Shown here: positions 18,761 through 28,510 of the stretch, piece by piece
How positions within the stretch are numbered: position 1 is the stretch's first letter
How the letters are laid out: each line of letters begins with the position of its first letter
Source: a virus
Taxonomy: Duplodnaviria; Caudoviricetes
DNA: 64,000 nt
Virus record (IMG/VR): IMGVR_UViG_3300003320_000853
Reading direction: 5' to 3' (one strand)
The notes under the pieces: model-generated
Told to the model about the DNA's origin: nothing
The model's input: only the letters and a program-made list of their open reading frames with translations
Database searches by the model: none
Program-made: the position numbers and the translations under genes

Positions 18761-19030
18761 ATGACGCGCGAAGAAGCGATCGATCTCCTCCGGAACGCGA
18801 AGCACGCCCTTGCGGACATGGGGGCAATCGTCCAGGCGGGTCAGGCGGAGGATGCCGAGATCAACCTCGAAGCGTTCGACATGAGCCGGGAGGACGCCTT
18901 GAAGCTCTCCTACATGCTCCTCCCAAACGGCCGGCGGGGGCACGTCCGGCTTGTCCTTCTTCCTCCACGGTGTGCCCGGGGGCTCGCCTTCATCGTGGGG
19001 GTGCTCCGGGCCTTCGCGAACGACGAGTAG
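18761..19030 (+). CDS. Hypothetical protein
   Basis: 89 aa ORF; GGGTATAG upstream. Confidence 0.6.
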   Translation: MTREEAIDLLRNAKHALADMGAIVQAGQAEDAEINLEAFDMSREDALKLSYMLLPNGRRGHVRLVLLPPRCARGLAFIVGVLRAFANDE

Positions 19031-19306
19031 CTACGTCTTCAGACGTGCCTCCAGCGCCTCGATCTTCTTCTCGGCCTCGGCCAGCTTCCTCTGAGCTTCC
19101 GGAAGCTGATGGAGGGCGCGCAGCATGGGGAGGTACGTTCTGTCGTCCTCCTCGATCATCTTGCCATGGTTCGGCACGGAGATGGATCTGGAGTCGGCGG
19201 ACCCCTTGTAGAAGCACCGAGGGGTGTGTTGCTCCAACGGGCGACCGTAGAGACCGTTGCGAGCGCCGCAAAAGGGGCACTTCGACCAGTCTTCCTGATA
19301 GTTCAC
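19031..19306 (-). CDS. Zn-finger/coiled-coil hypothetical protein
   Basis: CPFCG...HTPRC; C-terminal heptads. Confidence 0.65.
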   Translation of the reverse strand: MNYQEDWSKCPFCGARNGLYGRPLEQHTPRCFYKGSADSRSISVPNHGKMIEEDDRTYLPMLRALHQLPEAQRKLAEAEKKIEALEARLKT

Positions 19307-19746
19307 GCCGACCCCCGGACGCCATCCGCATCCATATCGTTGAGGCTGCGGAGAGCCTCCCTGGCGCGCAGGCGTTCTTCTGGTGAGAGGCTATCGTCCG
19401 TAGCCCTCTGAACGAAGGCCCTCCGAAGGAGATGCCGGCCCTTGCGGGTCGCAAGGATCTCGTAGATGACTCTCAGGATCTTGTCTTCGCGGCCGATCAT
19501 GTCGCACTCTTGGGCAGTCTTGGGCGGGCCAGGACACCCCGTCGGAGGAGGCACAATGGGCTTCCATTCGGGCGGCCGAAGAATGCCCTGGACAGCCACG
19601 CCGCGCTGACGGCAGACGAAGCAGCGGTACGCTTGCCATTCCTGACCGAAACGGTTGACTCCCTCGCGCAGGAGCTCCCACACATGTCCTGCCTGGAAGA
19701 GATAGCGGTAGTCCTCTTCGAGATCGAGCGGTTCAGACGATGCCAT
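19303..19746 (-). CDS. Hypothetical protein
   Basis: MASSEPLDLEED...; overlaps both neighbours by a few bases. Confidence 0.6.
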   Translation of the reverse strand: MASSEPLDLEEDYRYLFQAGHVWELLREGVNRFGQEWQAYRCFVCRQRGVAVQGILRPPEWKPIVPPPTGCPGPPKTAQECDMIGREDKILRVIYEILATRKGRHLLRRAFVQRATDDSLSPEERLRAREALRSLNDMDADGVRGSA

Positions 19747-20278
19747 CGGGAGAGGGCACCTTGTAGAGGGGGGGATCCTTGGGATCCTTGCGACGGACGA
19801 AGCGTGTCCGGTATACGCTGTCCGGCCAGAGGACAATCTCGTTCCACGAGGTGACGTGCCGAGCATGGGTCGTGCCGTGGAGCAACGACGTGTAGACGAC
19901 GACCTCTCCGCCCTCGTCGCCCGTCCAGCTCGCGAGGAAGTGTACCTTGTAGACGCCGCCCTTGAAGTGATCCCAGACGCCTTCCTGGATGGGCATGGGG
20001 ATCGACCAGCCCTCCCGGAGGCAATTCAAGATCCGACGGATCTCGTCCTTGTTGATGAAGTCGCTCGACATCCGGGGACGGTCCCCCCACATGCCGAAGA
20101 GCGGCTCCACGAGATCCTCGTGGCTTCGCCCATGGAGGAAGACGACATCGGAGGCGATCTCGATGAGGGTGTTGAGCAGCTTTTGATCCCCGGGCAGGAT
20201 CAGCTCGTCCGTGAAGTCATCGGGACGGAGCCAGTTCTTCGCGAGATGCTTCCAGATGTCGATCGCAGGGGTCGTCAT
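19733..20278 (-). CDS. Protein with C-terminal DUF1653-like domain
   Basis: WDHFKGGVYKV...VVYTSL...HARHVTSWNE...RF. Confidence 0.75.
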   Translation of the reverse strand: MTTPAIDIWKHLAKNWLRPDDFTDELILPGDQKLLNTLIEIASDVVFLHGRSHEDLVEPLFGMWGDRPRMSSDFINKDEIRRILNCLREGWSIPMPIQEGVWDHFKGGVYKVHFLASWTGDEGGEVVVYTSLLHGTTHARHVTSWNEIVLWPDSVYRTRFVRRKDPKDPPLYKVPSPDGIV

Positions 20279-20475
20279 AGGGTTCCTTTACACCGAGAGT
20301 TTCCTCGATCTTCCCACTGTACGACCCCCAGGCGAGAGCCCGAATGTCCCCCGTCCTCTGTGTGATCGGCCCATTGTCCGAGATGCCCGTTTCCATGCAG
20401 GCAATCTCGCGCCGTGTGAGACGCCCCACAACCTGAACGGCGGGTCAGAGGTGAGATGGAGGGGCACATACCCCC

Positions 20476-20739
20476 TCAATATCGGGCCAGATCCCACTTC
20501 GATACGTCGACACCCAGCAGATTGACGAGCTTCTCGAAGTCCTCCTTGGGGAGGCGGATGGAGGCGCCTCGGGAGCACACGGACTGGAGCACGTGCTCCT
20601 TGACGCCCATCCCTTGAGCGGCCTTCTCTCGGGAGGGGTAGTGGACCATGAGAGGGTCGAGCTTGTCCGCAAGGATGCGCGTCTGCGTCCTCGAAAGGGT
20701 GAGCGCCTCAGTTCGTCGGCCTGTCGTTCGTCTGCCCAT
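20476..20739 (-). CDS. Putative helix-turn-helix DNA-binding protein
   Basis: SREKAAQGMGVKEHVLQSVCS resembles an XRE-type HTH. Confidence 0.55.
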   Translation of the reverse strand: MGRRTTGRRTEALTLSRTQTRILADKLDPLMVHYPSREKAAQGMGVKEHVLQSVCSRGASIRLPKEDFEKLVNLLGVDVSKWDLARY

Positions 20740-20792
20740 GCTGGATCGTACCTACACCGGGGCCTTCGGGGCCTTTGGTGTATGCTTCATCT

Positions 20793-21350
20793 GTGAAAAC
20801 CGTGAAGGCGATCTGTGCCGAAGCCGAGTCCCATTTCGACCCCCAGAAGTCGTGGGCGGAGAACCTCGTGGGCATCGAGTTCCGCCACCGGGCTGCGGTA
20901 GCGCTCTGGCACTTCGTCCAGGACATGGACGAAGGTGGCTTCGCCCTGTGGTTCGAACGCGGCCATGGGGGGCACGGCCGGCGGACGCTCGGACCCTACG
21001 TGGCTCGGATGAACTGTCGGGTCACGCAACGGATCATCCAGATGATCAAGATCGTCTTTGCCAGGCGGGACATGGCGAAGATGATCGCCGGCCCGGTCGA
21101 ATACGCCGACCTCGATGCCGAGTGGCCCTCACTCCGGGAAGAATTCGTGGCGGCGGCCGAGCGCTTCGTCAACAAGTGCCCGGGCTGCGACTCGAAGAGC
21201 ATCGACGGAGGGCACCGCTTTAGCTGCTCCTACGTGAGAGGGACGGGACAGATCACCCTCCCCGTGGTCTTGGTCGGGGACAAGTTCGTGATCGACCGGG
21301 GGAATCCGCTTGCTTCGGCGGCCCTCGAAGCCATCAAGCGCCAGGGTTGA
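20793..21350 (+). CDS. DMP19/DUF4375-like protein
   Basis: FVQDMDEGGFALWFERG resembles the EVxNGGFxQ(Y/F)FxN signature; GTG 16 nt after class B motif. Confidence 0.55.
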   Translation: MKTVKAICAEAESHFDPQKSWAENLVGIEFRHRAAVALWHFVQDMDEGGFALWFERGHGGHGRRTLGPYVARMNCRVTQRIIQMIKIVFARRDMAKMIAGPVEYADLDAEWPSLREEFVAAAERFVNKCPGCDSKSIDGGHRFSCSYVRGTGQITLPVVLVGDKFVIDRGNPLASAALEAIKRQG

Positions 21351-21380
21351 TCGGCGTCGCTCGGGAGCGGTATAGACCCC

Positions 21381-21815
21381 ATGGCGGCGAGACGCGGACG
21401 AGTTCCCGAGTGGGAGGAACGCTTCTGCTACGTGGTCGAGTTTGACCAGATGCACGGGACGTTCGAATCCTGGTACGGATCCCCATGCCCGAAATGCACG
21501 GAGTACGTGGATCCGTCCTGGTCCCGCGATCCTCGGGACGACTCGTACCGTCGCCGTTTGGTTGAGGCTGGGTACAGCTTTCATCCGGCGGTCGACGACT
21601 GGAACCCGTGCTTCTACGGGGGTCTCGTCGGAGTCAGGATCGTCGAGAACACCGACGGTACCGCGAGGATCCGCATCACGGGCGCAGACGACACCGCCAT
21701 GTCCCTCGGTTGTCCCTCGGTTGCGGATGCACAGGAAGCGCTCAAGCGGCTCCTGGCCATGTCCTTCATCCCCATGAAGGGCGACCTCTTCATGATGGGG
21801 TACTACTGGGACTAG
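21381..21815 (+). CDS. Hypothetical protein
   Basis: ATG 34 nt from TTGATC 21347. Confidence 0.75.
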   Translation: MAARRGRVPEWEERFCYVVEFDQMHGTFESWYGSPCPKCTEYVDPSWSRDPRDDSYRRRLVEAGYSFHPAVDDWNPCFYGGLVGVRIVENTDGTARIRITGADDTAMSLGCPSVADAQEALKRLLAMSFIPMKGDLFMMGYYWD

Positions 21816-22186
21816 AGGCGGAGCCAGCGGATGACGTGGCCTTTCTGCCAGGGTTCGAGAGGCTTCCCCGCATCGAGCCAGCCCTGAGCACGGCCCGCTT
21901 CCCACTGGCTCATCCCACCATTCCGGATGGCCTTGGCGAGCTTGGTGAGGTCGATGCTGGCCAAGAGCTCCCGATCGGCCGCCATCTGCCGAGATGCCTC
22001 TTCGCAGTCATCGGAGAGGGGAATGATGCCCCGACCATCTCCCGGAATGGTCGGAGCGCCAGGCAGCTCCTGAAGGGGCCAACGGATGCCTCCAGAGGCA
22101 CCGCAGCGTCGGCACCGCCAGTAAGAGTTGACTCCGAGCATCCCGTCGTCGGACTCGTAGCTCTCCCAATCGTGCGAGATCGGCAT
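21812..22186 (-). CDS. Hypothetical protein (CxxC)
   Basis: MPISHDWES...CRRCG; class B upstream. Confidence 0.65.
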   Translation of the reverse strand: MPISHDWESYESDDGMLGVNSYWRCRRCGASGGIRWPLQELPGAPTIPGDGRGIIPLSDDCEEASRQMAADRELLASIDLTKLAKAIRNGGMSQWEAGRAQGWLDAGKPLEPWQKGHVIRWLRL

Positions 22187-22222
22187 GGGGATCTGTACAC
22201 CGGCGTGGTGTAGGGCGCCCGA

Positions 22223-23494
22223 ATGCGTGAATACTGGGATCGAGCCAAGCCTATTCTTCGGCGCGGCCTCAACAAGGCCCTCCCCATCCTCAAGCTTGGA
22301 ACAAAATTCGTCCCTCTGATCCCGACCGGCGAGGATACCTGGCCGCAGCGGGTCGCCAAGTGCATCGCGCTCCTCGACGCCACGAAGGAAGTTCTCGACG
22401 GCCAAGCGATGACCAAGCTCCGAGCCATCAAGGAGAAGTACAGCCTCGTGGAGACGGAGTCGGAGACCTTCGTCCGCTTGTTCTTCTCGACGACGCTCCG
22501 AGACATGTTCACGCTGCACCGGGAAGCTCTAGACGAGTACGAGGATCTCATCGAGGCGGTTGGAACAGACGGAGAGCGTCTGTTCTTCCGCGAGAGCAAC
22601 AACTTTGGGCTCAAGGAAGGATTCTACGCAACGCCTGAGACCGACTTCGAGAGGATCGTCGACCGTCTCTGGACGGACTATCCCGACGGCATCTTCCTGA
22701 GCATCACCCAAGCCCAAGGCTGGAAGAAGGAGACGACGCTCTGCGAAGTCCCTCCGGTTCCGATCGAGCGCCTCTGCCGGGTCGCCAAGGAGAGGCTCAA
22801 GAGGGCCGTGGAGGTTCATCGTGGCTTCATGCTCGACGGGACGCATCGTTGCTACCTGGCCTATGGTCCGCCTGGCACGGGGAAGTCTTCCTTCGCCGTG
22901 CTCTTCGCCCGAGAGTTCGGTGGGAGAGCCCTCAAGATCGACGCGACGTCCCTCCCGATCGTCAACGTCAAGGAGTTCGGATTCCTGATCGATACGCTCC
23001 GCCCGAGCTTTCTCATCCTCGACGACATCGATCGTGCGGATGTCGCCCAAGTGGAGGCTCGGATCCTCTTCCTCCTGGAGAGGCTCAAGACCCACTACCC
23101 GAAGATGACCGTGATCCTCACGGCGAACGAGCCGAGCAAGCTCGGCTCCGCCCTTCTCCGGTGCGGCCGGATCGACGTCCCGTGGAAGTTCACGGCGCCC
23201 GAGCCGGACGAGATGGACATGATGCTTCTCGGCCTGATGCAGGCTCACAGCGTGCCGGCGGGGCGGGCGACGGCCGAGGCCCGGACGAAGATCCGGGAGA
23301 TCGGCAGCGAGCTCACACACGCCTACCTGGACGATCTCTGCCGGCGGCTCCGCCACGAAGAGATCGACGACGTGCTGGAGAGCGTCCTGCTCCTCAAGAG
23401 CCTGGCCGATTCTGCGGGCTCTGGGGGTCCGAGCACCCCCAACGGGACCAAGGCCAACGGACCCCCTGTCGGGTCGCTACCAACCAAGGGATGA
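22223..23494 (+). CDS. AAA+ ATPase (BCS1-like single domain)
   Basis: YGPPGTGKS, LILDDID, TANEPSKLGSALLRCGRID. Confidence 0.9.
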   Translation: MREYWDRAKPILRRGLNKALPILKLGTKFVPLIPTGEDTWPQRVAKCIALLDATKEVLDGQAMTKLRAIKEKYSLVETESETFVRLFFSTTLRDMFTLHREALDEYEDLIEAVGTDGERLFFRESNNFGLKEGFYATPETDFERIVDRLWTDYPDGIFLSITQAQGWKKETTLCEVPPVPIERLCRVAKERLKRAVEVHRGFMLDGTHRCYLAYGPPGTGKSSFAVLFAREFGGRALKIDATSLPIVNVKEFGFLIDTLRPSFLILDDIDRADVAQVEARILFLLERLKTHYPKMTVILTANEPSKLGSALLRCGRIDVPWKFTAPEPDEMDMMLLGLMQAHSVPAGRATAEARTKIREIGSELTHAYLDDLCRRLRHEEIDDVLESVLLLKSLADSAGSGGPSTPNGTKANGPPVGSLPTKG

Positions 23495-23520
23495 CCCCCA
23501 GGTTGGTGTAGGATCTGGGG

Positions 23521-23904
23521 GTGAGCACATACATCACCGACGTCGACCCCATCACCCTGGACGCACGGATGCGGGCCAGGGACATCATCACGCTCGACTA
23601 TTTCGAGGCTCTCCCCGAGTGCTGCTTCATCCGCGAGCACCTGGACGCCGCGATGAAGGCTCTGGCCGCGGGAGAACCCGACAAGCACATCCAGCTCTTG
23701 AGCTTCGAGTGGACGCAGACGGGTTCCGCGATGCACTACGAGAGCCTCTTGATCAAGAAGATCGGGCCGAAGATCATGGGCAAGGTCGAGGCCATCTTCA
23801 CCTGGGAGGAGGGGGAGTGGCAGACCGGCCTCATCATCGAGGACGGCAAGGTGACCGAGTGCGAGGTCGAGCGGAAACTCCTCCGGCCCAAGAAGCGCCG
23901 TTGA
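23521..23904 (+). CDS. Hypothetical protein
   Basis: GTG 16 nt after class B motif; stop inside next class A box. Confidence 0.75.
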   Translation: MSTYITDVDPITLDARMRARDIITLDYFEALPECCFIREHLDAAMKALAAGEPDKHIQLLSFEWTQTGSAMHYESLLIKKIGPKIMGKVEAIFTWEEGEWQTGLIIEDGKVTECEVERKLLRPKKRR

Positions 23905-23944
23905 TCGGCAAACCTGGGCGCCTGTAGAAAAGATCGGAGGAAGC

Positions 23945-26155
23945 ATGTTCAAGCCGGGTGAAATCGCCGTAGTACGGGGGTCTGAGCGTCGGGTCACCAT
24001 CGTGGCCGGTCCTCTTGCCAGGGCAGGCCACGAATGGCCCGTCGCGACCAACGAGGGGGTCTTCGACGAGACCGAGCTGTTCCCGGCTCATCCCTCGGTG
24101 CTCGCCACTGCCGAAGGGCGGGATCTGGGCGCGGAAGCCTTCCACGCGGACATGGAGGCCCGCCAGGTCGTCGAGGACGCCGCCGAGGATACGGGCGCGA
24201 TCTTGACCTACAACTTGCGGGAGAAGGTCGGGAAGGCGCTGTCGAAGGCCACGGTCGATCTCAACGGCCACTGGAGGAACGGCGAGAACATCCACCCGGA
24301 ATTCAAGATCCTGGATCATGTGATGCTCAGCCGCACGGCCATGAGCAAGGCCGAGGCCGAGGCTATCCTCCGCGCTGTCAAGAACAAGACGCCCCTGGAG
24401 TGGTGGATCCCCGTCGATCTCTATCTGTCGTCACTCAGGAAGTGCCCTCTCTGCGGCGAGGAGGACTTCGGGACGGAGACGAACGGGCTCGTGGTGCGCC
24501 TCTCCGGCGATCGGTGCAAGTACGAGAATGGCCTCCCGCTGACCGAGTGGGAACTGAACGTTCCGTCGGGCAAGATCGTGGTCGCCAACGACCTTCGCGA
24601 GTTGTTCCCTCTTCCCGAGGCCGAGGACTTCGACATCAACACCACCCTGGGGTGCGCCCAGACGGCCTTGGCCTACGCCGCCGCCGGCATGTCGCACGCC
24701 TTCGTGGGAAACACCTGCCCCGGCGTCTACAAGTGCAGCGACGGCTCGTTCAAGATCGCGAACGAGCCACAGGAAGAGGAGTGGAACGGCGAGAAGTACG
24801 TGCCCATCGATCCCCCGCCCGTGTTCGACGGAGAGCACATGGCTGGGATCTGCACCGATCTCTGGTGGTACAGCATCGCCGACAACGACGAGTTCGAGCG
24901 CCGGGTCAAGCACTTCAAGATCAAGCGCAAGAATTTCAACATCAAGGTCATCGCCGTTCGGCCGGGCGTCTACCGCTTCCGGCACGACGAGGAAGCCCGT
25001 GGGCACGAGGGACCGGGGGAGACTGTCTACACGCGGTTCGAATGGGTGCGCGAGCCCGATCCGGTCAAGGACTTCCTCGGCACCTACGAATCCGTGGACG
25101 TCAACCCGCATGCCTTCGTTCAGGCACAGGTGAAGCGTTGGCCGACCCTCTACGGAAAGCGGGTCGAGCTGCGCGGTGGGAAAGAAGCGACCGTGCCCTG
25201 GTCGGACATGGCGGAAGAGGATCGGATCTCCTCCTGGCAGCGGGTCGCCGACCACATTTTCTGCACGATCGGCGGGGGAACCTCCTGGCACGAGAAGGGC
25301 TTCCCGCGGGCCAAGGTCGACCCGACCGTGCCCGATGTGGAACCGCCCTCCTTTAGGGAGCAGCATCACTGGTACCCGTTCTCGAAACCCTACGGCGGCA
25401 TGTTCGAACCCCATGCGCTGGCTCCCGGCTTCGCGAAGCTCCTCTTCCGCGTCCTGGAGTCGGTCATCTCCTTCGGGATGCACGTGCGGGACGACAACAA
25501 GGGGCGCGAGATCCACAGCACACGGAAGCGGATGCTGGAAGCCGTGAAGAGGTACCGGGAGCTGGCCCTGCGGTATCCGGATCAGGCCGATCCCGAGTAC
25601 GTCGCGTGGCTGGGCCAGAAGGGCCGCGCCGAGGCGTGGGTCAAGAACTTCGACCTCGGCCCCGAGGTCATGGAGAAGCACCGGGAGCACGTCCGCAAGC
25701 AGCGGTGGGTGCCCGAGAACGCCTACGCGATCGAGTTCGACGCCCGCAAGTTGAAGAGCGGCCACTTCGCATGGCACCCCAAGGAGCCGAGTGTGGGTGG
25801 GTGCTGGGCCCGCAAGGAGAACGCGCAGCGGTACGCCATCCTCGCGTTCGAGGACAACGGCCAGCCCGCCGAGCACAACTGCTTCTGGACGTGTCACGCC
25901 ACGAACACGTCGGTACCCCTCTACTCCGTGGCCCGGGTGGTGAAGGTGGGGGAGGTCTCGCACATGGGGGAGACCCTGGTCGAGCTCGCCTTCGACTACG
26001 GCACCCCGTGGATGCAGGACGTGACGAAGCGGAAGGCGGTGGTCGAGTCGGGGGAAAAGGCAGCGATCAAGATCCTGTCGCGGGAGGAGTACGAGAACCT
26101 GCTCCCGAAGGCGAAAGAGTTCTTCGAGATGGCCGAGGCCGCGATGGCGAAGTAG
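23945..26155 (+). CDS. Large hypothetical protein (736 aa)
   Basis: Long ORF, GGAGG site, class A promoter; VPSGKIVVANDLR, FVGNTCP, ICTDLWWYS motifs. Confidence 0.85.
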   Translation: MFKPGEIAVVRGSERRVTIVAGPLARAGHEWPVATNEGVFDETELFPAHPSVLATAEGRDLGAEAFHADMEARQVVEDAAEDTGAILTYNLREKVGKALSKATVDLNGHWRNGENIHPEFKILDHVMLSRTAMSKAEAEAILRAVKNKTPLEWWIPVDLYLSSLRKCPLCGEEDFGTETNGLVVRLSGDRCKYENGLPLTEWELNVPSGKIVVANDLRELFPLPEAEDFDINTTLGCAQTALAYAAAGMSHAFVGNTCPGVYKCSDGSFKIANEPQEEEWNGEKYVPIDPPPVFDGEHMAGICTDLWWYSIADNDEFERRVKHFKIKRKNFNIKVIAVRPGVYRFRHDEEARGHEGPGETVYTRFEWVREPDPVKDFLGTYESVDVNPHAFVQAQVKRWPTLYGKRVELRGGKEATVPWSDMAEEDRISSWQRVADHIFCTIGGGTSWHEKGFPRAKVDPTVPDVEPPSFREQHHWYPFSKPYGGMFEPHALAPGFAKLLFRVLESVISFGMHVRDDNKGREIHSTRKRMLEAVKRYRELALRYPDQADPEYVAWLGQKGRAEAWVKNFDLGPEVMEKHREHVRKQRWVPENAYAIEFDARKLKSGHFAWHPKEPSVGGCWARKENAQRYAILAFEDNGQPAEHNCFWTCHATNTSVPLYSVARVVKVGEVSHMGETLVELAFDYGTPWMQDVTKRKAVVESGEKAAIKILSREEYENLLPKAKEFFEMAEAAMAK

Positions 26156-26345
26156 GGGTTGCGCTCGGTGGGCTGTCGTGATAGCACAGGCCCACCATGA
26201 GCCACTGATCGCGCCGCTGCTTCTCCACCCCGTGTTCGAGACCGGGATGGCGATGTTCTGCGTCGAGGTCGGAGCCTGAACGAGTAGCCCTGCATGGGCG
26301 CGTGCTCCCTTCGCAGCGCCATCCCCATGCCAGAGGAGCTACGTC

Positions 26346-26495
26346 ATGAAATCGTTCCAGAAGCCGAATCGAACCCCGCCGCCGAAGACTCCGAGGATTG
26401 GGCAGACGCCCGGCCAGGCCCCGCCTTGGAGCCAGGACTTCATCCCCAACAACCGCAAGGGTCGGCGGGCCCGAGCCAAGCAGCGTCGCCGGTAG
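26346..26495 (+). CDS. Small basic peptide (MKSFQKPNR...RRARAKQRRR)
   Basis: GAGGAG site upstream; followed by an 18-bp hairpin; competing overlapping frame 26326-26569. Confidence 0.45.
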   Translation: MKSFQKPNRTPPPKTPRIGQTPGQAPPWSQDFIPNNRKGRRARAKQRRR

Positions 26496-26501
26496 TCCAG
26501 C

Positions 26502-26549
26502 CGTCGTTACATGGCTCGGACGAATTTTCATCCGAGCCATGTAACGACC
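26502..26549. repeat. Perfect inverted repeat, 18-bp arms
   Basis: GTCGTTACATGGCTCGGA-N10-TCCGAGCCATGTAACGAC. Confidence 0.85.
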
Positions 26550-26574
26550 ACCCCCTCTGGGGGACATAATAGGT

Positions 26575-26865
26575 ATGGACTGCAAGCACGAATGGGAGCC
26601 TCGTCCCGAGGCCAACACGAACGGTGCCACCCGGTATCAGTGCGCCCTCTGCAAGGGTTGGGGATACCGCAACTGGACGACCCCTCACAACACGGCCATC
26701 CAGGTATACAAGGAGGCTGGTAAGCTCCGGATGAAGCCGAAACCCGAATGGTTTCGGGAGCTTATTGGCCAGAAGCACGACGAGCCTCGGCGTCCCGTGA
26801 TCCGCGATGTGGGGATCGTCGAGAGCCTCACCCCCTCCAACTGGAAGTGGCACAACCCGAAATAG
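26575..26865 (+). CDS. Hypothetical Zn-binding protein
   Basis: CKHEW...CALCKG. Confidence 0.65.
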   Translation: MDCKHEWEPRPEANTNGATRYQCALCKGWGYRNWTTPHNTAIQVYKEAGKLRMKPKPEWFRELIGQKHDEPRRPVIRDVGIVESLTPSNWKWHNPK

Positions 26866-26925
26866 TGTGATTTCCCTCTCGGGGAGTCCCTGACGGTGTC
26901 AGACAGAGGCCGGAGGTCTTGACAC

Positions 26926-27645
26926 ATGAGGCATCTCACCATTTCGGCCATCAGCACCGTGGGTATCCTGACGCTTCTCGCTCCGGCGTGCGCCTCGAAG
27001 CCAGGTATCACGGGCGACTATTCGTGCAGCTACTCGTTCTGGAAGCAGACGACGTGTGGCGGCCCCTGGAAGCGGGACGCATCGAGCGCCGTGGTGCATG
27101 CCATCGGCCAGGTCGACGCCTGTCTCCAGACAGCGGACTACGTGCACGACAACCGGCGTTGGCAGGAGCCGATCCTTTGCTACCCGGAGAACTGCAAGCT
27201 CCTGGAGCCCGACGCGAAGCCGCTGGGCATCGGAGGGAACGGGGTCGGCGGTGGAGAAGCGGGCACGGGGGGAGACGGCACGGGTGGGGCTCTCAACTGC
27301 CCGACGCCTGGCAACGCCTGCGGCGGTGACCCGGACGACATGAACAACGACTGCCCCTCCTGCGCGGCGTTCAATTGCTGCGACCAGAAGCAGGCATGCG
27401 ATTCGGACGCGAACTGCCAGTGCTTCGTCAACTGTGAGCTGACGGGTCAGACGCTCGACCAGTGCGAGGAGGATCCCGCGGACAACCCCGACGCCTGCGG
27501 ACCCCGGGGGCCGGTGGCGGGCGCCTACGATGGGTGTCTCCTGACGAGCTGCCTCGCTCTCTGCGGTGAGAACGGCGCGCATCGGGGCCCGGGCCATGGC
27601 CTCAACCCGGACGACGTGTCGTTCCTCGGCCGGGCCTCGCGGTAG
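26926..27645 (+). CDS. Cys-rich lipoprotein
   Basis: Signal peptide with LLAPAC lipobox, Gly linker, CAAFNCCDQKQAC...CFVNC module. Confidence 0.8.
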   Translation: MRHLTISAISTVGILTLLAPACASKPGITGDYSCSYSFWKQTTCGGPWKRDASSAVVHAIGQVDACLQTADYVHDNRRWQEPILCYPENCKLLEPDAKPLGIGGNGVGGGEAGTGGDGTGGALNCPTPGNACGGDPDDMNNDCPSCAAFNCCDQKQACDSDANCQCFVNCELTGQTLDQCEEDPADNPDACGPRGPVAGAYDGCLLTSCLALCGENGAHRGPGHGLNPDDVSFLGRASR

Positions 27646-27682
27646 GATTGATCCGTGCCCACGACCGGCTGTATGAGCCGGC

Positions 27683-27901
27683 ATGGGAACGATCAAGCGG
27701 TCGAAAGAGGAGAAGCGCCTCCGTCGCAAGAGGCTCAAGCAGCTCGAAAAGGCAGTCGGTCGCTTCATCGGCACGCTGGGGCTGACCGGCAAGCTGGACG
27801 AGATCGCTCGGCTCAGCCCAGAGTTGCGGCGCATGATCCGGGCGCACGACCAGTGCCACTGGAACAACATCCTCGAAGACCTCGACGACGAGACGCTGTA
27901 A
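27683..27901 (+). CDS. Hypothetical protein (weak tag-like C-terminus CHWNNILEDLDDETL*)
   Basis: Class A promoter at 27648. Confidence 0.7.
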   Translation: MGTIKRSKEEKRLRRKRLKQLEKAVGRFIGTLGLTGKLDEIARLSPELRRMIRAHDQCHWNNILEDLDDETL

Positions 27902-27902
27902 C

Positions 27903-28202
27903 ATGGCTACCCTGAAAAAGCGTCTGGAGACCACCTGGAGCGATCTCGCTCGGTTGGCTGGAGAGCTGGACTCCCCGCATTTCGAACGCGCCTTGGGCAA
28001 TCTGTGCCCGATCGGCGCAGATGGCTGGGGGGAGCAGTACCTCAACGCCCTCCTCGTGGCGGACGAGACCCTCGAAGATCGCTTGCGCAAGATCACCAAG
28101 AAGGCTCCCGAGGAGTACGTTCGGCTCAGGAAGGCCAAGATGATCCTCTTCCGTGAGCTGGTCATCGTCCTGGGTGCTTGCATGCAGACTCCCAAGGAGT
28201 GA
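27903..28202 (+). CDS. Hypothetical protein
   Basis: Coupled to the upstream gene. Confidence 0.65.
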   Translation: MATLKKRLETTWSDLARLAGELDSPHFERALGNLCPIGADGWGEQYLNALLVADETLEDRLRKITKKAPEEYVRLRKAKMILFRELVIVLGACMQTPKE

Positions 28203-28277
28203 CGCCATGCCCTCGCGCTCCTCGGGGATGACGACCCGTTCGATTGATCGCTGGCGGCGCTCGCCTGTAGGACTGCC

Positions 28278-28508
28278 ATGGACATCATCCTCGGCGTCGA
28301 CCAAGGCAAGATCACCGTTCACCTTCCAGGCGAAGTGCTCACCTTCGACCTCGACAACGATCTGGAGGTCGCGGACTGCCTGTTGCAGCATCCCCATGCG
28401 ATCATCCTCTGCTCGTCGTCTTGCGACCATCCCCAGGATCACGGCGCTCCCGCCGGCTGGAAATGGGATGAGTTTTGGGCGAACGTCTGTGCCTACGGGG
28501 ACTTCTGA
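28278..28508 (+). CDS. Hypothetical protein
   Basis: ATG 34 nt from TTGATC 28244. Confidence 0.75.
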   Translation: MDIILGVDQGKITVHLPGEVLTFDLDNDLEVADCLLQHPHAIILCSSSCDHPQDHGAPAGWKWDEFWANVCAYGDF

Positions 28509-28510
28509 TC

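Noticed and set aside
20288-20475. Possible small gene between the HTH and DUF1653-like genes
   Set aside because: Several competing short frames, none with a clear start signal
21455-21475. GTTCGAATCC resembling a tRNA T-loop
   Set aside because: Inside a coding region, with no cloverleaf or acceptor stem
27683-27901. C-terminus CHWNNILEDLDDETL as a tag member (also 12135-12635 LERALADLEDNPYVE)
   Set aside because: Partial matches lacking the T-A/S-aromatic core, so not counted
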